A DNA stretch of 64,000 nt from Octopus sinensis (GCF_006345805.1 NC_043002.1:32488001-32552000); one strand, 5' to 3'; shown: positions 13,240 to 26,700, counted from the first letter of the stretch. Notes: generated by a model from the sequence alone, not told the origin. A program made the numbers and translations.

Positions 13240-13582
13240 CAGGTATGTGGCAAATATATACTGCAAGGTTAGGAATGTAGTGTATAACTTACGATGTACT
13301 GAGGAACGGTGCAGAAACATGACAACTACTTACATTGAAGAGACTGCGCGCAGCATAGGAGAGCGTATAGGTGAACGTTGGCGAGAGCTCAAAGAAGAGA
13401 AAAGCTTGTCAGTACTTTACCAACATACTCAGGGACAACATGCACAGAGGTTAATGTATCGTCGACGCATAGAACTGACACCTAGACAGATCACAGATGC
13501 TACACACATAGCAGTAGACACACCGAGCCTCAGTAGAAAATACGAATTGAACAATAACAACCACCAGCACGCCACATGACTA
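13240..13582 (+). mobile_element. Penelope-like GIY-YIG endonuclease fragment
   Basis: NVVYNLRCTEERC...TYIEETARSIGERIGE. Confidence 0.75.
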
Positions 13583-13744
13583 AAGACAGAAGGCAGGAGA
13601 AGAGAGAGAGGGAAAATTAATAATAATAAGTAAAACACAGATACAAACAGGTTAATACACACACAATATACATATATGCACATACTTCTGACACGTATAA
13701 GATATAATAATAGATAAATAAATAAATAAAAATCCTTACAGTAT

Positions 13745-14380
13745 TGGTTCCTAGAGCAGTGGAAGAATGTTATTTTCTCGGACAAGTCATCCTTTATTTT
13801 ATTTAGAGACAGTCAAAAGCAGCATTTGACCCAGACTGCCTTCTTCCAACTGTTAAACATGGAGGAGGATTTATGATGATCTGGGGGCTACACCTTGGAA
13901 ATCCCCCAGCCCAATGAATTCTTTTCATGGCGGAATTAATAATCAAGACTATTTAAGCATTCTATTCGATCAAATTTATCTTATGGTTGCGGAACTGTTT
14001 TCGGAAGGAAATGCAATCTTTCAGGAGGATGATGCACCAATTAATACAGCCAAAGTTGTCACTGAATGACATGAGGAACATTCTAGTGAAATTAAACATC
14101 TTATCTGGCCACCACAGTCCCCAGATCTGAATATTATTGAACATTTATGGTGCATTTTAGAAAAACAAGTAGGGCGTCGATATCCTATACCATCATCCCT
14201 ACAAGAACTGGAGACTGTTTTAGCTGAAGAATAGACAGAAATCCCTTTGGAAACAATTCAAACTTCATACGAGTCCATACCTCGTAGAATCCAAGCTGTA
14301 ATTACTGCAAAAGGCGGTCCTACTCTATAATAAATTAAATTTGTTTGAAATGTTATAGTGTTTCCCGTATTTTCTCCGGC
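13745..14380 (+). mobile_element. Tc1-family transposase 3' half, decayed
   Basis: EQWKNVIFSDKS, LPTVKHGGG, IFQEDDAP, WPPQSPDLNIIEHLW and IQAVITAKGGPT. Confidence 0.9.
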
Positions 14381-14381
14381 C

Positions 14382-14508
<127 letters not shown>

Positions 14509-16100
14509 TTGTTTTCACATCGATATATACACACATGCACACATACATTGATAAAAATATGGTTATATAAACAGGCATTCAATATAAATATAGGTATAAA
14601 CATTATTGTTATGAATATAGGTTAGTAAATTTGTATGAATGTAAAATCCCTTTAGTATCTTAGTGATTGTAGAGATTATCACTAATAATTACCAGAACTT
14701 CATGTAGTATCTTTTACCCAAACTCAGGAGCTTTGTAGCACCCCTTGTGTGTATGTGTATATGTGTGAAAGTATGTATTTATTTATGTATATGTGTGTAA
14801 GTATGTATTTATTTATGTATATGTGTATGTATGTCTACATACATACAAAGGCTTTTAAGAAATGTGTGTGAATTCAACTATATCAAACCTCTATATGTTT
14901 CTTCGAGATCTGATATGTTAAAGGTATACTGTAAAAGTATAAAACTATATCAGAGTATTCAAAATATCAAGCTGTTAGCATGGCGACACACTCGACATAA
15001 ATATATCAAGCTTACTGCATGTGTAAAACTGACACATTTATGTAATTGTGCTCTGTCCGAGCCGACCTATAGTCACAAAGTTATTACCGTGACACTACTA
15101 ACTTGATCGGTCTTCTAAGTTTACATTATCCCATGTTTTTTTTTTTTTTTAACCTGTCTTCCTTAAAACTCATGTGCGATATGTGAGCGACCCATTTTAT
15201 ATCAGAGAGCTTGAGTAGACCCGAAGCTATAATATAAATCGCATAATAGAAAAGACACCTACTAGGATTGAGCTGGAAACTCCATTTTTAGATTAGATAG
15301 AAATGTGGTTTTGTGACATTTAATCACGAAAGAGAAGTAGCGTTCCTATAAATAAATTATTTACATTACCAAACACTCACTGCGAGATCCAGGCTCTTTG
15401 TGGATAGACAGGCGAGGATAAATAACTTAAATAAGATTCTTTTCACTTATAGATTATGTTTCTCACTGAAATACAACGATAACGTTATAACCCAACTGCT
15501 ACGACTACCTGAACTAATTTCGTAAAGCGTAAACAAATTACGTTTGTAAAGCTAGTAAATCTTGAACAAATATTTATACTACATCCTTATTTTCATATGG
15601 AAGAACATTGATTCGCGAAGGAACATGGTAAAATTCATGCCCGGAACATCTTTGCCAAAGCATTTCCGAAATCAGGAAATTCGAGAACGGAGTGTAATGA
15701 ACGATATGGCAGCAGAATACCAAAAGCACAAGTCTTACAGGACCAGACAAGTTGCAATGTTCACAGACACCAGGTGAATCCCTACCATTGCGGGGTTGTA
15801 CCCAACAGATCACAAGATGCCACTCAAAAAGCGTTCGTTCGTAATACAAAGAACATATCGTCACATATATAAAGAAGAGTCTCTTCTCCAGATAATTTTG
15901 AAACTCTGGAAATTGTCAGTCATATAGATCTGAGTCAAACTCTTATTAACTAATATATGTCTGTGTTTATGTGTTTGTGTATAGTTTTGGTAGAAAAAGC
16001 AAAATAAAAAGAACTCTACCAAGTTTTATGTATATATATTTTATTAATATTTCTCTAAACCAGCAGAAAGATACAAAAGTTATTCAAGGCCTGGGAGTTT

Positions 16101-16208
<108 letters not shown>

Positions 16209-16209
16209 C

Positions 16210-16477
16210 AACTTATAAAGAAGGGCAAAAGAAAAAGATCTAATGCCAAATATGCCGAAAATAGACAAATCGTCAATAACCATGTAATTCATCACTATAA
16301 GCACGCGTCTCGAAGTAAGCCGACAGAAATTTCTAACAAATTCTGTTATCATCATATCGGCCCTGATTTCAGAGTTAATTCATAAGAATTAGTGATGAAT
16401 TATATGGTTATTGACGATTTGTCTATTTTCGGCATATTTGGCATTAGAATTTTTTCCTTTACCCTTGTCTACAAGTT
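16210..16477. mobile_element. Foldback/MITE-like inverted repeat
   Basis: Arms about 16210-16297 and 16390-16477; the inner ~60 bp have one mismatch. Confidence 0.7.
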
Positions 16478-16563
16478 GTTTATAAATTTAACCTTTAAAG
16501 GTATTTTTTAATATGCTGGCCATTGATAGAATTTTTTTCGAAAAATTTTATCCTATATAATAT

Positions 16564-16601
<38 letters not shown>

Positions 16602-17648
16602 CAGGAGTTGGACAAAATAATTTTCAAACAAATTTATTTTAATATGAGGCAGGACCGCCTTTGACAGTAATTACAGCTTGAGTTCAATAATATTCAGATC
16701 TGGCGACTGTGGTGGCCAGATAAGATGCCTAACTTCATTATAGTGTTCCTCGCGCCATTCAGTAACAACTTTAGCTGTGTAAATTGGTGCATTATCATCC
16801 TGAAAGATTGCGTTTCCCTCCAGAAACAGTTCCACAACCATAGGATAACTTTGCTCAAATAGTATGCTTAAATAGTCTTGAGTATTAATTCTGCCATGAA
16901 AGGAAACCATTGGACCGGCAGATTTCCAAGGTATAGCTCCCAAATCATCGTATATCCCCCTCCATATTTAACAGTTGGAAGAAGGCAGTCTGGGTCAAAT
17001 GCTTCTTTTGATTGTTTCCACACGTATACTCGAACCAATTCTGTAAGGATTTACTCAACTCTAAACGTTTTGCAACGTTTGTTTTTGAAAGTAGTGGTTT
17101 TCTGATTGCAGCCCTCCCGTGAAATCCAGCTTTGTGCAGCTCCCGGCGAACAGTTTTTGTAGAAACCGAGTTCTGGAGGTGGTCATTAAGTTCTACTGTA
17201 ATCTTGGGAGCTGTACTTTTGTGATCCTTTTTAACAATTCACGTAAGAGTCTGACGGTCTCTATCTGAAGGTTTTGGTTTTCTTCCGGCATTTTGTTTCG
17301 ACGAGGTTTTTTCCTCTTTCTCAAAGGCTTTCATTACTTTTGAGACAGTACTTCTTGATACACCAAACATTTAGGCTCCTTTCTTTGCGATTGCGCCTGC
17401 CATACGAGCACCAACAATATGACCTCTTTGAAGAATCCGATGGATCTGTCATTTTACTGAATTTTAATTACCTTTTTCTGATGATATCTGAAAAGAAACA
17501 GCAATTTTAGCAAAATATATTACGCAACACTAATGATAAATCAAAAAACATAACATGAAACAAGCTTTTGACACTTTTATAGATAGCTTTTGACACTTTT
17601 ATAAATTACGATGCTATGATGTGTTTTCATTATTTAGTTCAACCCGTG
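16602..17648 (-). mobile_element. Tc1 element with both TIRs and an internal deletion
   Basis: TIRs CAGGAGTTGGACAAAATAA / CACGGGTTGAACTAAATAA with TA flanks. IFQDDNAP and WPPQSPDLNIIE. Same family as 13745-14380 but lacking the segment between NIIE and QAVI. Confidence 0.9.
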
Positions 17649-18159
17649 TATATCTTATGAGCAGAGACACATGTGCATGTATATATGTATATATGTGTAT
17701 CTATGTGTGAGGCTATTTGTGTATGTATGAATAATTGGGAAGTCCATGCATCTTATTCAGGATGACACTCAATAGGCTTATTGTGTAAATGTCTTCTACT
17801 GTTGCCTAAGGCCAACCAAGAGCCTTGAAGCTCGATATTTACTCGATTGCTATCATTTATCAGTGGTTTTTCCCATAGTTTTGATGCACCATTTACTATG
17901 ACTAATAACACTGCAGGCATTTTAGTGCACACGGATATGCTACTTTTATAACTTGCATTCTTTTTTGTATTGTGACAAGAGGCATACTTCTCTTGTTATA
18001 CCAACCGAGATTACGACATAGATATCATTTCTTATCTTACTGACAGCGCATTTTATTTCAAGTATCATTTGCAATGAGGTTTATACACATGACAGAAATT
18101 ATGTTCATCACAACTACCAGGAGTTAAATGTATGTTAAAAATTGACAAAATTGTTTCGC

Positions 18160-18528
18160 AACCACATGGTTACGGGTTGAGTCCCACTGGATAATACCAT
18201 GGAAAAGTGCCTTCTACTATAGCCTCGGGTTGATCAGACCCTTGCGAGTGATTTGGTAGACAGAGACTGAAAGAGGCCCGCCGTTTATGTGCGTGTATAT
18301 ATATATATATATACATGTATGTGCGTGTGTGTATGTGTGTATGTATTATGTACGTATGTATCTTTGTGTCTGTGTTCCCCATCACCGCTTGACCACAGGT
18401 GCCTGTGTGCTTACGTGTAACTTAGCGGTTCGATTAAATGTTAGAATAAGTATCAGGCTTCAAATAATTCAGGAGTTTATCCGCATGACCGCTGTCAGAT
18501 CATTGAAGCAAGTGAAAAATAAAAGATA
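18160..18528 (+). mobile_element. SINE, diverged
   Basis: Matches the 12178-12580 family in the opposite orientation. Confidence 0.75.
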
Positions 18529-18999
18529 AACCCTGTTGACATCATAATAGGGACTTAATGAAAGAATTGTAGCAGTACCAGATAATCTATTCGGAATTTT
18601 GGGTTTAGTAGCCCGCGCTCTTAACCACTACGCTATATGGCGTGGGCAATCATGGAGTGAATTTTAGGGTTTATAAATCTAATATTTTTCTATCCTTCCT
18701 TAATACCTATTTCTTTACTACCCACTAGGGGCTAAACACAGAGGGGACAAACAAGGACAGACAAAGGGATTAAGTCGATTACATCGACCCCAGTGCGATA
18801 TTTTCTTCCTTTTGTGCTATCATTCTCTGAGATCCTATGAAATCTCGGCCTTATTTCTTTTCTTCTTACACTGAGCTTTTTAGAAGAAAATTATCCATTT
18901 ACGTTTATGAAATTTATACTACTTAGATGGAACAAAAACCATCGTCGGTTTTGCCACTGAAGAACAAAACGCTTAAACTAAAGTTATTTAGAACAATAC

Positions 19000-20120
19000 A
19001 AACAACAACCTACCTTCATTTCTATATTCCTGTGTGGCATCAGGATATAAATCAATACCCCCAAAATGGAAGTCATATATAGAGAGTTGACAAGTTAAAA
19101 TGACACACCACATCCTTATGGATGATATTGACACAAGGAATCTGAACGAACTCGATCCTCAATATATTATATTGGATATAACTTTTACTGTCTCAAACAT
19201 CATTGCATCAATAAATGAAATAAAGTACTATTCTTCCCGTAGACTCTGAAAAAATGCAGACACCAACCTGCAACCCCTCTAACCAACCTCTGGCAAAATT
19301 TCGGCTATATGCCGAAACAGCTCCTATCCCAATCTGTCGTCAAACACAGCAAAATAAAAGAAATATTCGCAGATGACTTCAATCTTCGCAAAATTATCAA
19401 TGGAGAAGAAGGCTGAGCCTAACAGATTGAACTCGAGTCTGATCTATGAGCTGTAAGACAATAGGTAGACAAAAGGAAAATGCGGTTAAATGAGGAAAAA
19501 TCAGAACTCAGTTGGAGTGCTCTCAACAAACAATAAAATCGATATGACTCACATGAAGATCTTCTGTCATGATTCAACTCTTCTCATACCTAGAATATTG
19601 CTGTCCGCGATGTCTCCCAACACCAAGCAAAACATTACAAGAACCGAATCACACCAGAGAGTATTCATTAAAATATAAAGAACATGACTAATCTTGATTA
19701 TTGAGACTGCCTTAAAATGCTCTCTCTTGCACTGCCATGGCCGTTACATCATTTCCACAATGCCGATAATACACCACCAGCATTACCCAAACGATCTTAA
19801 CATTAAATTGAGAATACACCCAAGGCTGGGACTGCGTGTCATACATTCATGTCAAAATTCAAGCTCACAACACATAAATTCAATGCAACACAATTTCTTT
19901 TCTTCAACAGGCCCTGCTGTGTTTAACATTATTCCAAGTCAAATGAAAGAAACACGTCCATCACTTTTAAGGAAAGCCTAGAGATATTTCTTCAAGGGAT
20001 ATCTATACCTAGATACATCTCAGTCAAAAACAACTCCCGACTTGAATGCGTCAAAATACCACAAAACTAAAAATAGTTTAAAAGATCCTATCTTGTGGTG
20101 CTGTTAAGTTAGACATGGCC
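19000..20120 (+). mobile_element. Highly decayed CR1-like LINE 3' region
   Basis: Residual FADD (ttcgcagatgac), HPRLG and GPAVFNIIP motifs with many stops. Confidence 0.55.
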
Positions 20121-20189
20121 TGGGCCATCTTTGGCTGAAATATATGTTATCTCAGTTATTATTCAGCATGGTTTAACATTAATTAACAT

Positions 20190-20720
20190 TCAGTGAACAG
20201 CTTCTTAGTAATCCTGTACGGGTCCTTCAGAAACTTCCCCCGGGTCCTTTTACTTTCCTTTCTTCGTTCATATCAGCAGCGCGAGGCCAGGTTTTCCACA
20301 GAAAATTTCCATGGCTTTCTTAGGCTGGTATTATACTTTCGCAACTGTTTCATTTTCCTTATCCGGCTGCTTGGTCCACACCTTAATTTCTCTAATCGGA
20401 TACTGTCTTTCACTCCAAATAATTCCTTTCCTGTATCGTATATAGAACTTGTTAACTTTCCCAGTTCCTCCAATGTAGATCCTGTCAGTTGGAAAATAGC
20501 TCCACATACCTCGTTTTCAAACTCTTTATATTTTCCTTTCTCATTAGCAGCAGGCCATATAACCCTTGGTTTCCTCCAAGTACTATCTGATACACCAGTT
20601 TCATAACCTGCAGTTTCCTGTCGGGAAGAGCTCTTTGCTGTAGCCTATATCGATCGGCTGTGGTTTGAGTCCGGGGATGATTTGCCACGTGTTTTACGAT
20701 CAGATGAACCACACTGCTCT
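20190..20720 (-). mobile_element. R2-superfamily (HERO-like) non-LTR ORF fragment
   Basis: IYDTGKELFGVK...PSSRIRKMKQLRK...LRKPWK, followed by YERRKESKRTRGKFLKDPYRITKKLF, as recalled for the pre-RT region of HERO-type elements. Confidence 0.5.
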
Positions 20721-20847
20721 GTCCTCTTCTTACAAGAATTTCCCTGATGTATCATGAGAACCTACATGAGAACCTGGAAATTAAATTATATTCTTTATGT
20801 ACCATTATTTGGGCTTGTTTGTGGTTTCACACAGTTAATATTGGTTT

Positions 20848-21050
20848 TAAATCTTGGTACAAGGCTAGCAAGTTCGGTAAGGGGAGCTAGTCGATTACAT
20901 CGACTCCAGTGTTCAACTGGTACTTATTTTATCGATCCCGAGAGAGATGAAAGGGAAAGTCAACCTCAGTAGAAATTATAGTCAGAAAGTAAAGACGGAC
21001 GAAATGCCGTGAAGCATTTTGCTCGGTGTACTAAAGATTTTGCCGCTTAA
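20848..21050 (-). mobile_element. Second SINE family copy (diverged)
   Basis: Homologous to the 34555-35130 copies (gtcgattacatcgac...gatgaaagggaaagtcaacctc). Confidence 0.7.
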
Positions 21051-22903
21051 TATTTAGAAGTATGCAATATACTTCATGAAATCTTCTGCGGGTTAGAGAA
21101 AGGGCCATAAATTCTGAAAAGGGGTATAATGTTTTGCTTTTAGCTGTGCTAGATATATTTAGTCATACAATATCGCTTTCATGCATATATCTTTAAGAAA
21201 TGCATTCTTTAATTGATATTCTCTCGATATTATCACATGAGACTTGATAATGTTGATTTATCTGGAGTAGATTTCATACTATATTTAACAGATTATTCTA
21301 GTACTATTAATGTAAAGAAAATTGCGAGGATTGTTTCTTTTCTTTTTTTCAAACTTCAGTTGTATATAAATAAGCGTACGTAGTTACAAGGGTGAATTTA
21401 TTCACCTGCTTGTAGTAATATCCATTTTACATCGAATTTGTGGACGAAACTTAGCATGAGGTTAAGAATTTTGGGGAATAGCTAAATGAAAATAAAAACA
21501 TTTTAAAAGTAAAACAAAGAGTCACAATGAAATATAAAATATCTTTAATCAGGTCAACTGTATTGAAAGTTACAAAATGTATATGAGTACATGTTCAAAA
21601 ATAAAAATATATATTTAGCAAGATTTTTGCTAAAAGTTATTCAACACATAAGGACATTTAATTTTAAAATTAGAAATACAATGTTAACAGCTGTGTTTTA
21701 TAAAATCACGATTTATATTGTATGAATATATCTTTGTTTTAACATTAATTCATTTCCCCCGCTTCATATAATAAATACTAATACAGATATTAAAATGTAA
21801 TAATATTGCAAAGGTACTGAATATATGGTTAATCTTCTGGACAGTTCAATCATTTATTTAAAATAGATACCGTGAACTGAACGTTATCTTACAAGAGCAT
21901 TAAAGATTACTATATTTGATTTATTTACTTATATATTTATTTTTGTTACAAAGACTTTTCTCAAGAAATAATAGAAATGTTTACGAGTGTGAGTCAAAAA
22001 GTAATGCAAATACAAATTAAATTACTTTCTGACTCATCTACGTACAAAGGAGTATGATAAAGGGCTGTATTAAAAACACATTTTACAAATATTTTTGAAA
22101 TGTTATCTAAATGTTAAGTGAATACTTCTCTTTTCCAAACTAAAATTGAGAAGTTAACAGATTTTCTTTACGAAGACCAGCTTATTTTATCAGGAAATAT
22201 TTCTATTAACAATCTGATATGATTTCCTTTAATTATCTATTTCAAATTTGAGAATCTGGTGTGTGCTTATGATTAAAATAAGTCTTAAATGGATTCATCA
22301 CATAAATGCCGTATGTCAATCTAAGCAGGAATGAAACAGATGTATTTTAATTATATAAATTTTATCTTTTACTTTGGGAGAAAGTATTAAAATTGTGAAA
22401 AACTTTACTATTGCTTGATAAAATGATAGATATAAGCAAATACTTATTTACTGTTTCTTTCTATTTAGTTTGCATGTCCAGTAATACTTGAAGTGAGATT
22501 AACTTCTAGATTGATAAATTTATCAGTGCCACATGTAAAGTAAAGTTATTAAGTTTTATAATATTATGCATTTCTTCATTTTAGCAATATCTTAAATGCT
22601 ACCCCACGCTTGCATGGGTTAAATGGTTAATATTCGTTATTATAAGTTAATATTCGTTTTGATAAAAGAAAATATATTTATAATTTTGCATTTAATTATT
22701 ATATCTTATTTAATTTAACTTCCATTAAAAAAATCACAAAATAAAATAAAAATTGGTGTAATTTTAAAACATAGTTATCGTGTCTATTTTCAATCTGAAA
22801 AATAAAAAAAAATTTGATTATGAGTGAGTCGTGTTGTATAATGATAGAATAAATCCTCAAAAAGAGGTCAGTAAATCATTAGAAATAGAGATTATCAAAG
22901 AGG

Positions 22904-23458
22904 ATATTTAAGAGGAATAATTGATGGATTTTTCCCTTATGAGGTTTTTCACGCTAACTACTTGATAAATTCTTAGAAAGATTTTATCCTATTTTTCAAT
23001 TGTAAATTTAACCGGAATATATTCAGTGCTGAAATTTTATTCTGAATAAAAACATATACCGAGATGCAATTCGAAAAGCCTGCCTTTTGCATAGATATAT
23101 AAGTGTGAACAATTCTATGTACGATGCTGGATAGATTTGGTGTTCGTCTGGTATGTTGATTTTTTGTTCATTTTTATGTGCCTTGATTATGCTTGCACTG
23201 ACGATCAAAAAGTGCATTTTGTGCACAAATTATGAAATCATATGATATGCAGCTGAATCTGGTTTTAAAATGCTCGCTTCGAGAGTTGCATTCCCTCGCG
23301 TTCGGTACAATGTGTTTATTTATTATGGTTGTTTTGACTTTAAGAGTCCCTCCTAGCGTGAGGCATTTATGCATAGTAATGCCCTTAATATCAATAAATA
23401 TATTTAAGAGGAATATTTGATGGATTTTTCCCTTATGAGGTTTTTAATGCTAACTACT
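22904..23458 (+). mobile_element. Short non-coding element with 59-bp terminal direct repeat and hammerhead motif
   Basis: 22904-22962 vs 23400-23458 is 56/59 identical, period 496 bp. Hammerhead at 23191-23253. Confidence 0.65.
23191..23253 (+). ncRNA. Type I hammerhead ribozyme motif (intact core, irregular stem II)
   Basis: GCUUGCA-CUGACGA-...GUGCA(uuuug)UGCAC...-GAAA-UCA UA UGA-UA-UGCAGC. Stem III is the palindrome ATCATATGAT. Predicted cut after A23247. Confidence 0.6.
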
Positions 23459-24079
23459 ATCTGCCTAGTTGTTGAAGATACATGAAGTAGTACAAATCGT
23501 TTTGTTGCGAGCTTATTCATTGTGAATGAAAATTGTAATGTTTGAGAAAGAATTTCAAAATTTTGTATGTATTAAGAAATAGATGGTGTTCATTTGTTGA
23601 AACGCACGTGTCATTGATCTGAATTCTCTTTTCTTTAATTAGAATTATTGTTTTTCATTCTGGAAGAATTATATGCATGCTTTGGCCTGGTCGAGAGCTA
23701 CTTTAATAATTGACCAAAATATAACTTATTTTTTGATCTATCAAAACTCGTAATATTTATTCTGCTGTTCCAACACTGCCAACCTACTTCCCGCATAAAA
23801 ACTGGCATGGTGAGATGATCACCTGGTTATTATTTATACCCTCAAATATATGTGTGTTTGTTTGAATTGATATATGGATATACTAAATATGCATTGCCTT
23901 GCAATGAAAGACGCTTTGATTTCCTTTTTTAAAATTTTCTTTACACCTATTTTTATTAAAATTTGCTTTCAGTTTCGTATTCTGCATTATTATTATTTTT
24001 ACTTCTCCTATCATTTCTCCACGTGCGATTAACACAACCCGACCATTTATTGGCTTATATATATATATATATTATATAT

Positions 24080-24136
<57 letters not shown>

Positions 24137-24317
24137 ATTAGGGCTTAGTAAAATAAATTACTTTGCCACATACTGAACTTAGTAGAAATAGCAGCCAAAA
24201 AAAATTTTCTTAGCATTTCTACTACTTAAAGAAAATTTCTCTCAAATAATGTTTACTCTAGACAGCTCACGAAGGTTTGGGGGTAAATACAGAAAAATAT
24301 CACAAGTACATAGATCG

Positions 24318-24380
24318 TTTGAGTACGTCAACGTTTCAAGATTAGCCAAATAAAATCAGCATTTCTTTCGTCAGCTCAAA
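24318..24380 (-). ncRNA. Identical hammerhead copy on the opposite strand
   Basis: Lies within the inverted segment; reverse complement of 24932-24994. Confidence 0.78.
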
Positions 24381-24931
24381 ATTTCTTAATTTGGATTTGG
24401 AAACACTAAAAGTACGTTGACGTACTCAAACGATCTATGTACTTGTGATATTTTTCTGTATTTACCCCCAAACCTTCGTGAGCTGTCTAGAGTATACATT
24501 ATTTGAGAGAAATTTTCTTTAAGTAGTAGAAATGCTAAGAAATTTTTTTTTGGCTGCTATTTCTACTAAGTTCAGTATGTGGCAAAGTAATTTATTTTAC
24601 TAAGCCCTAATTATATAATGTAATATTTTGAATTCGCCTTAAATGGTCCTTTTACATACTGAACACTTGGTGAAATTGATTAATTAATTAATTTTACCCT
24701 CAATTGTTGATATTATAATTCATTTCTCTCGGTCATACTGCCTCGGTTCTCGCGGTTAAAATATAATGTTTGCTAGATAGACCACGTGGGTGGAATGGGG
24801 AGTGCAGAATTTTACGCCTGCGCATTTTGAATTTGTTGACACTGTTAGTTGGAGTGGTTCATCTGAAGCGAGTAGTTCGCTGATAGGTAAAGTTCCTTCT
24901 TTTTAGTGTTTCCAAATCCAAATTAAGAAAT

Positions 24932-24994
24932 TTTGAGCTGACGAAAGAAATGCTGATTTTATTTGGCTAATCTTGAAACGTTGACGTACTCAAA
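24932..24994 (+). ncRNA. Type I hammerhead ribozyme, intact core
   Basis: UUUGAG-CUGACGA-AAGA(22 nt)UCUU-GAAA-CG UUGA CG-UA-CUCAAA. Perfect 6-bp stem I. Predicted cut at GUA after 24988. Confidence 0.8.
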
Positions 24995-25589
24995 CGATCT
25001 ATGTACTTATGATATTTTTCTGTATTTACCCCCAAACCTTCGTGAGCTGTCTAGAGTAAACATTATTTGAGAGAAATTTTCTTTAAGTAGTAGAAATGCT
25101 AAGAAAATATTTTTTGGCTGCTATTTCTACTAAGTTCAGTATGTGGCAAAGTAATTTATTTTACTAAGCCCTAATTATATAATGTAATATTTTGAATTCG
25201 CCTAAATGGTCCTTTTACATACTGAACACTTGGTGAAATTGATTAATTAATAATTTTACCCTCAATTGTGATATATATATATATATATATATTATATAAT
25301 ATATATATATATATATATACTAATCAGGTTACAATGAGCCTACGTACCGAGTGGAAGGAGTTTACTTACCGAGTGAAAGGATATTTGGTCTTTTGATCTT
25401 GAACTAAAAGTAAACAAAGACATTTATTGACATAAATCCTGAGATTAAGCAACAAAGTTTATAAAAATGAGTCAATTATTGTAGGTTCAATAATCTTAGT
25501 GCATTCTATCAATAAATCTGTTTCAATTTCAGAAATGCGAACTAACTTAATATAATCACAAAAATATGTATTTATCTGTATCTATATCT

Positions 25590-25632
<43 letters not shown>

Positions 25633-25849
25633 CTGTATGTGTGTGTGTATGTAATACATACATACATATATATATATGTATACATTCATACATACACACA
25701 CAGATACACACACACATTCACATACGTATACTTACATACACACACACATATATATATAATATATATATATATATGTTCATATATACATATATATATACAT
25801 ATATATACATATTTCTATACATATATATATACATATATATATATACTAC

Positions 25850-25917
<68 letters not shown>

Positions 25918-26038
25918 ATGTATATATATATATATATGGCCTGCTCGCTTAGCCAGCGGGGTGGCTCATTTAGAGGCTAAAACAATGCGAAGCGCATTGT
26001 GACCAGCGATGTGTAGCAACATCTGATAGCCTGGTCGG

Positions 26039-26095
<57 letters not shown>

Positions 26096-26109
26096 GCACA
26101 TATGTGTAT

Positions 26110-26700
26110 AGGACGTCACCAACACTACACAACATGAAATACGAAAGCAAATGAGTCCAATGCGCAAACTACCAGAGAAGCAAATGGAAACAGGACAAGT
26201 AGTATAAATAACGAGCCTTCATCAATCGTCGGCTGTCTATCTACTCCGCATTTCGATCACTCAACGACAATATGAGTCTTCGAAGACAGTTGCTCCCATA
26301 AGTAACAAAATAACATTTGGAGTTTATGGAGGGTCAAAATTTGGAACAGGACAGTGAAGATAAACAAGGAAGCCGAACGAAAACAGACAGGGAGGGTTGT
26401 TAGACCAGAACGAGGGTAAAATAGCGGACGCTGGAGAAATATGTTCTTTAACAAGAGAAAAGATAGAAGAAAGAGATAGGATACGTCCAGTCCTTAGTGA
26501 AGTCCCAAAAGAAAAGAAAGATGATCACGCGAGGAAAAGAAAGATCGATGATGGTCTCGGGCACGCGTGAGCAACGAGAGAGAGAAAAGAAGAAAGAGGG
26601 GAGAGAAAGACAGATAGAAAACGGCGAAGGGGAGTAAAAAAGGGAATTTAGAGAAAGGATGAGACAGAAAAAGGTTGGGGGAGAAAACAGTTGCAGAAGA
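26110..26700. repeat. Interspersed repeat family adjacent to (TA)n (other copies about 6060-6200, 46885-47250, 50635-50970)
   Basis: Shared ggacgtcacc...gagagaaacaaatggaaaac...gtcggctgtctatctactcc...tttcgagca...gaagacagttgctccc blocks. Confidence 0.8.

Larger units (their letters stand above)
24131..25269 (+). mobile_element. Non-autonomous Penelope-like/retrozyme-like element with inverted 5' segment and partial tandem, inserted in (TA)n
   Basis: 24131-24411 is the reverse complement of about 24901-25180. 24414-24707 repeats as 24978-25269 (period 564). (TA)n on both sides. No coding capacity. Confidence 0.85.
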
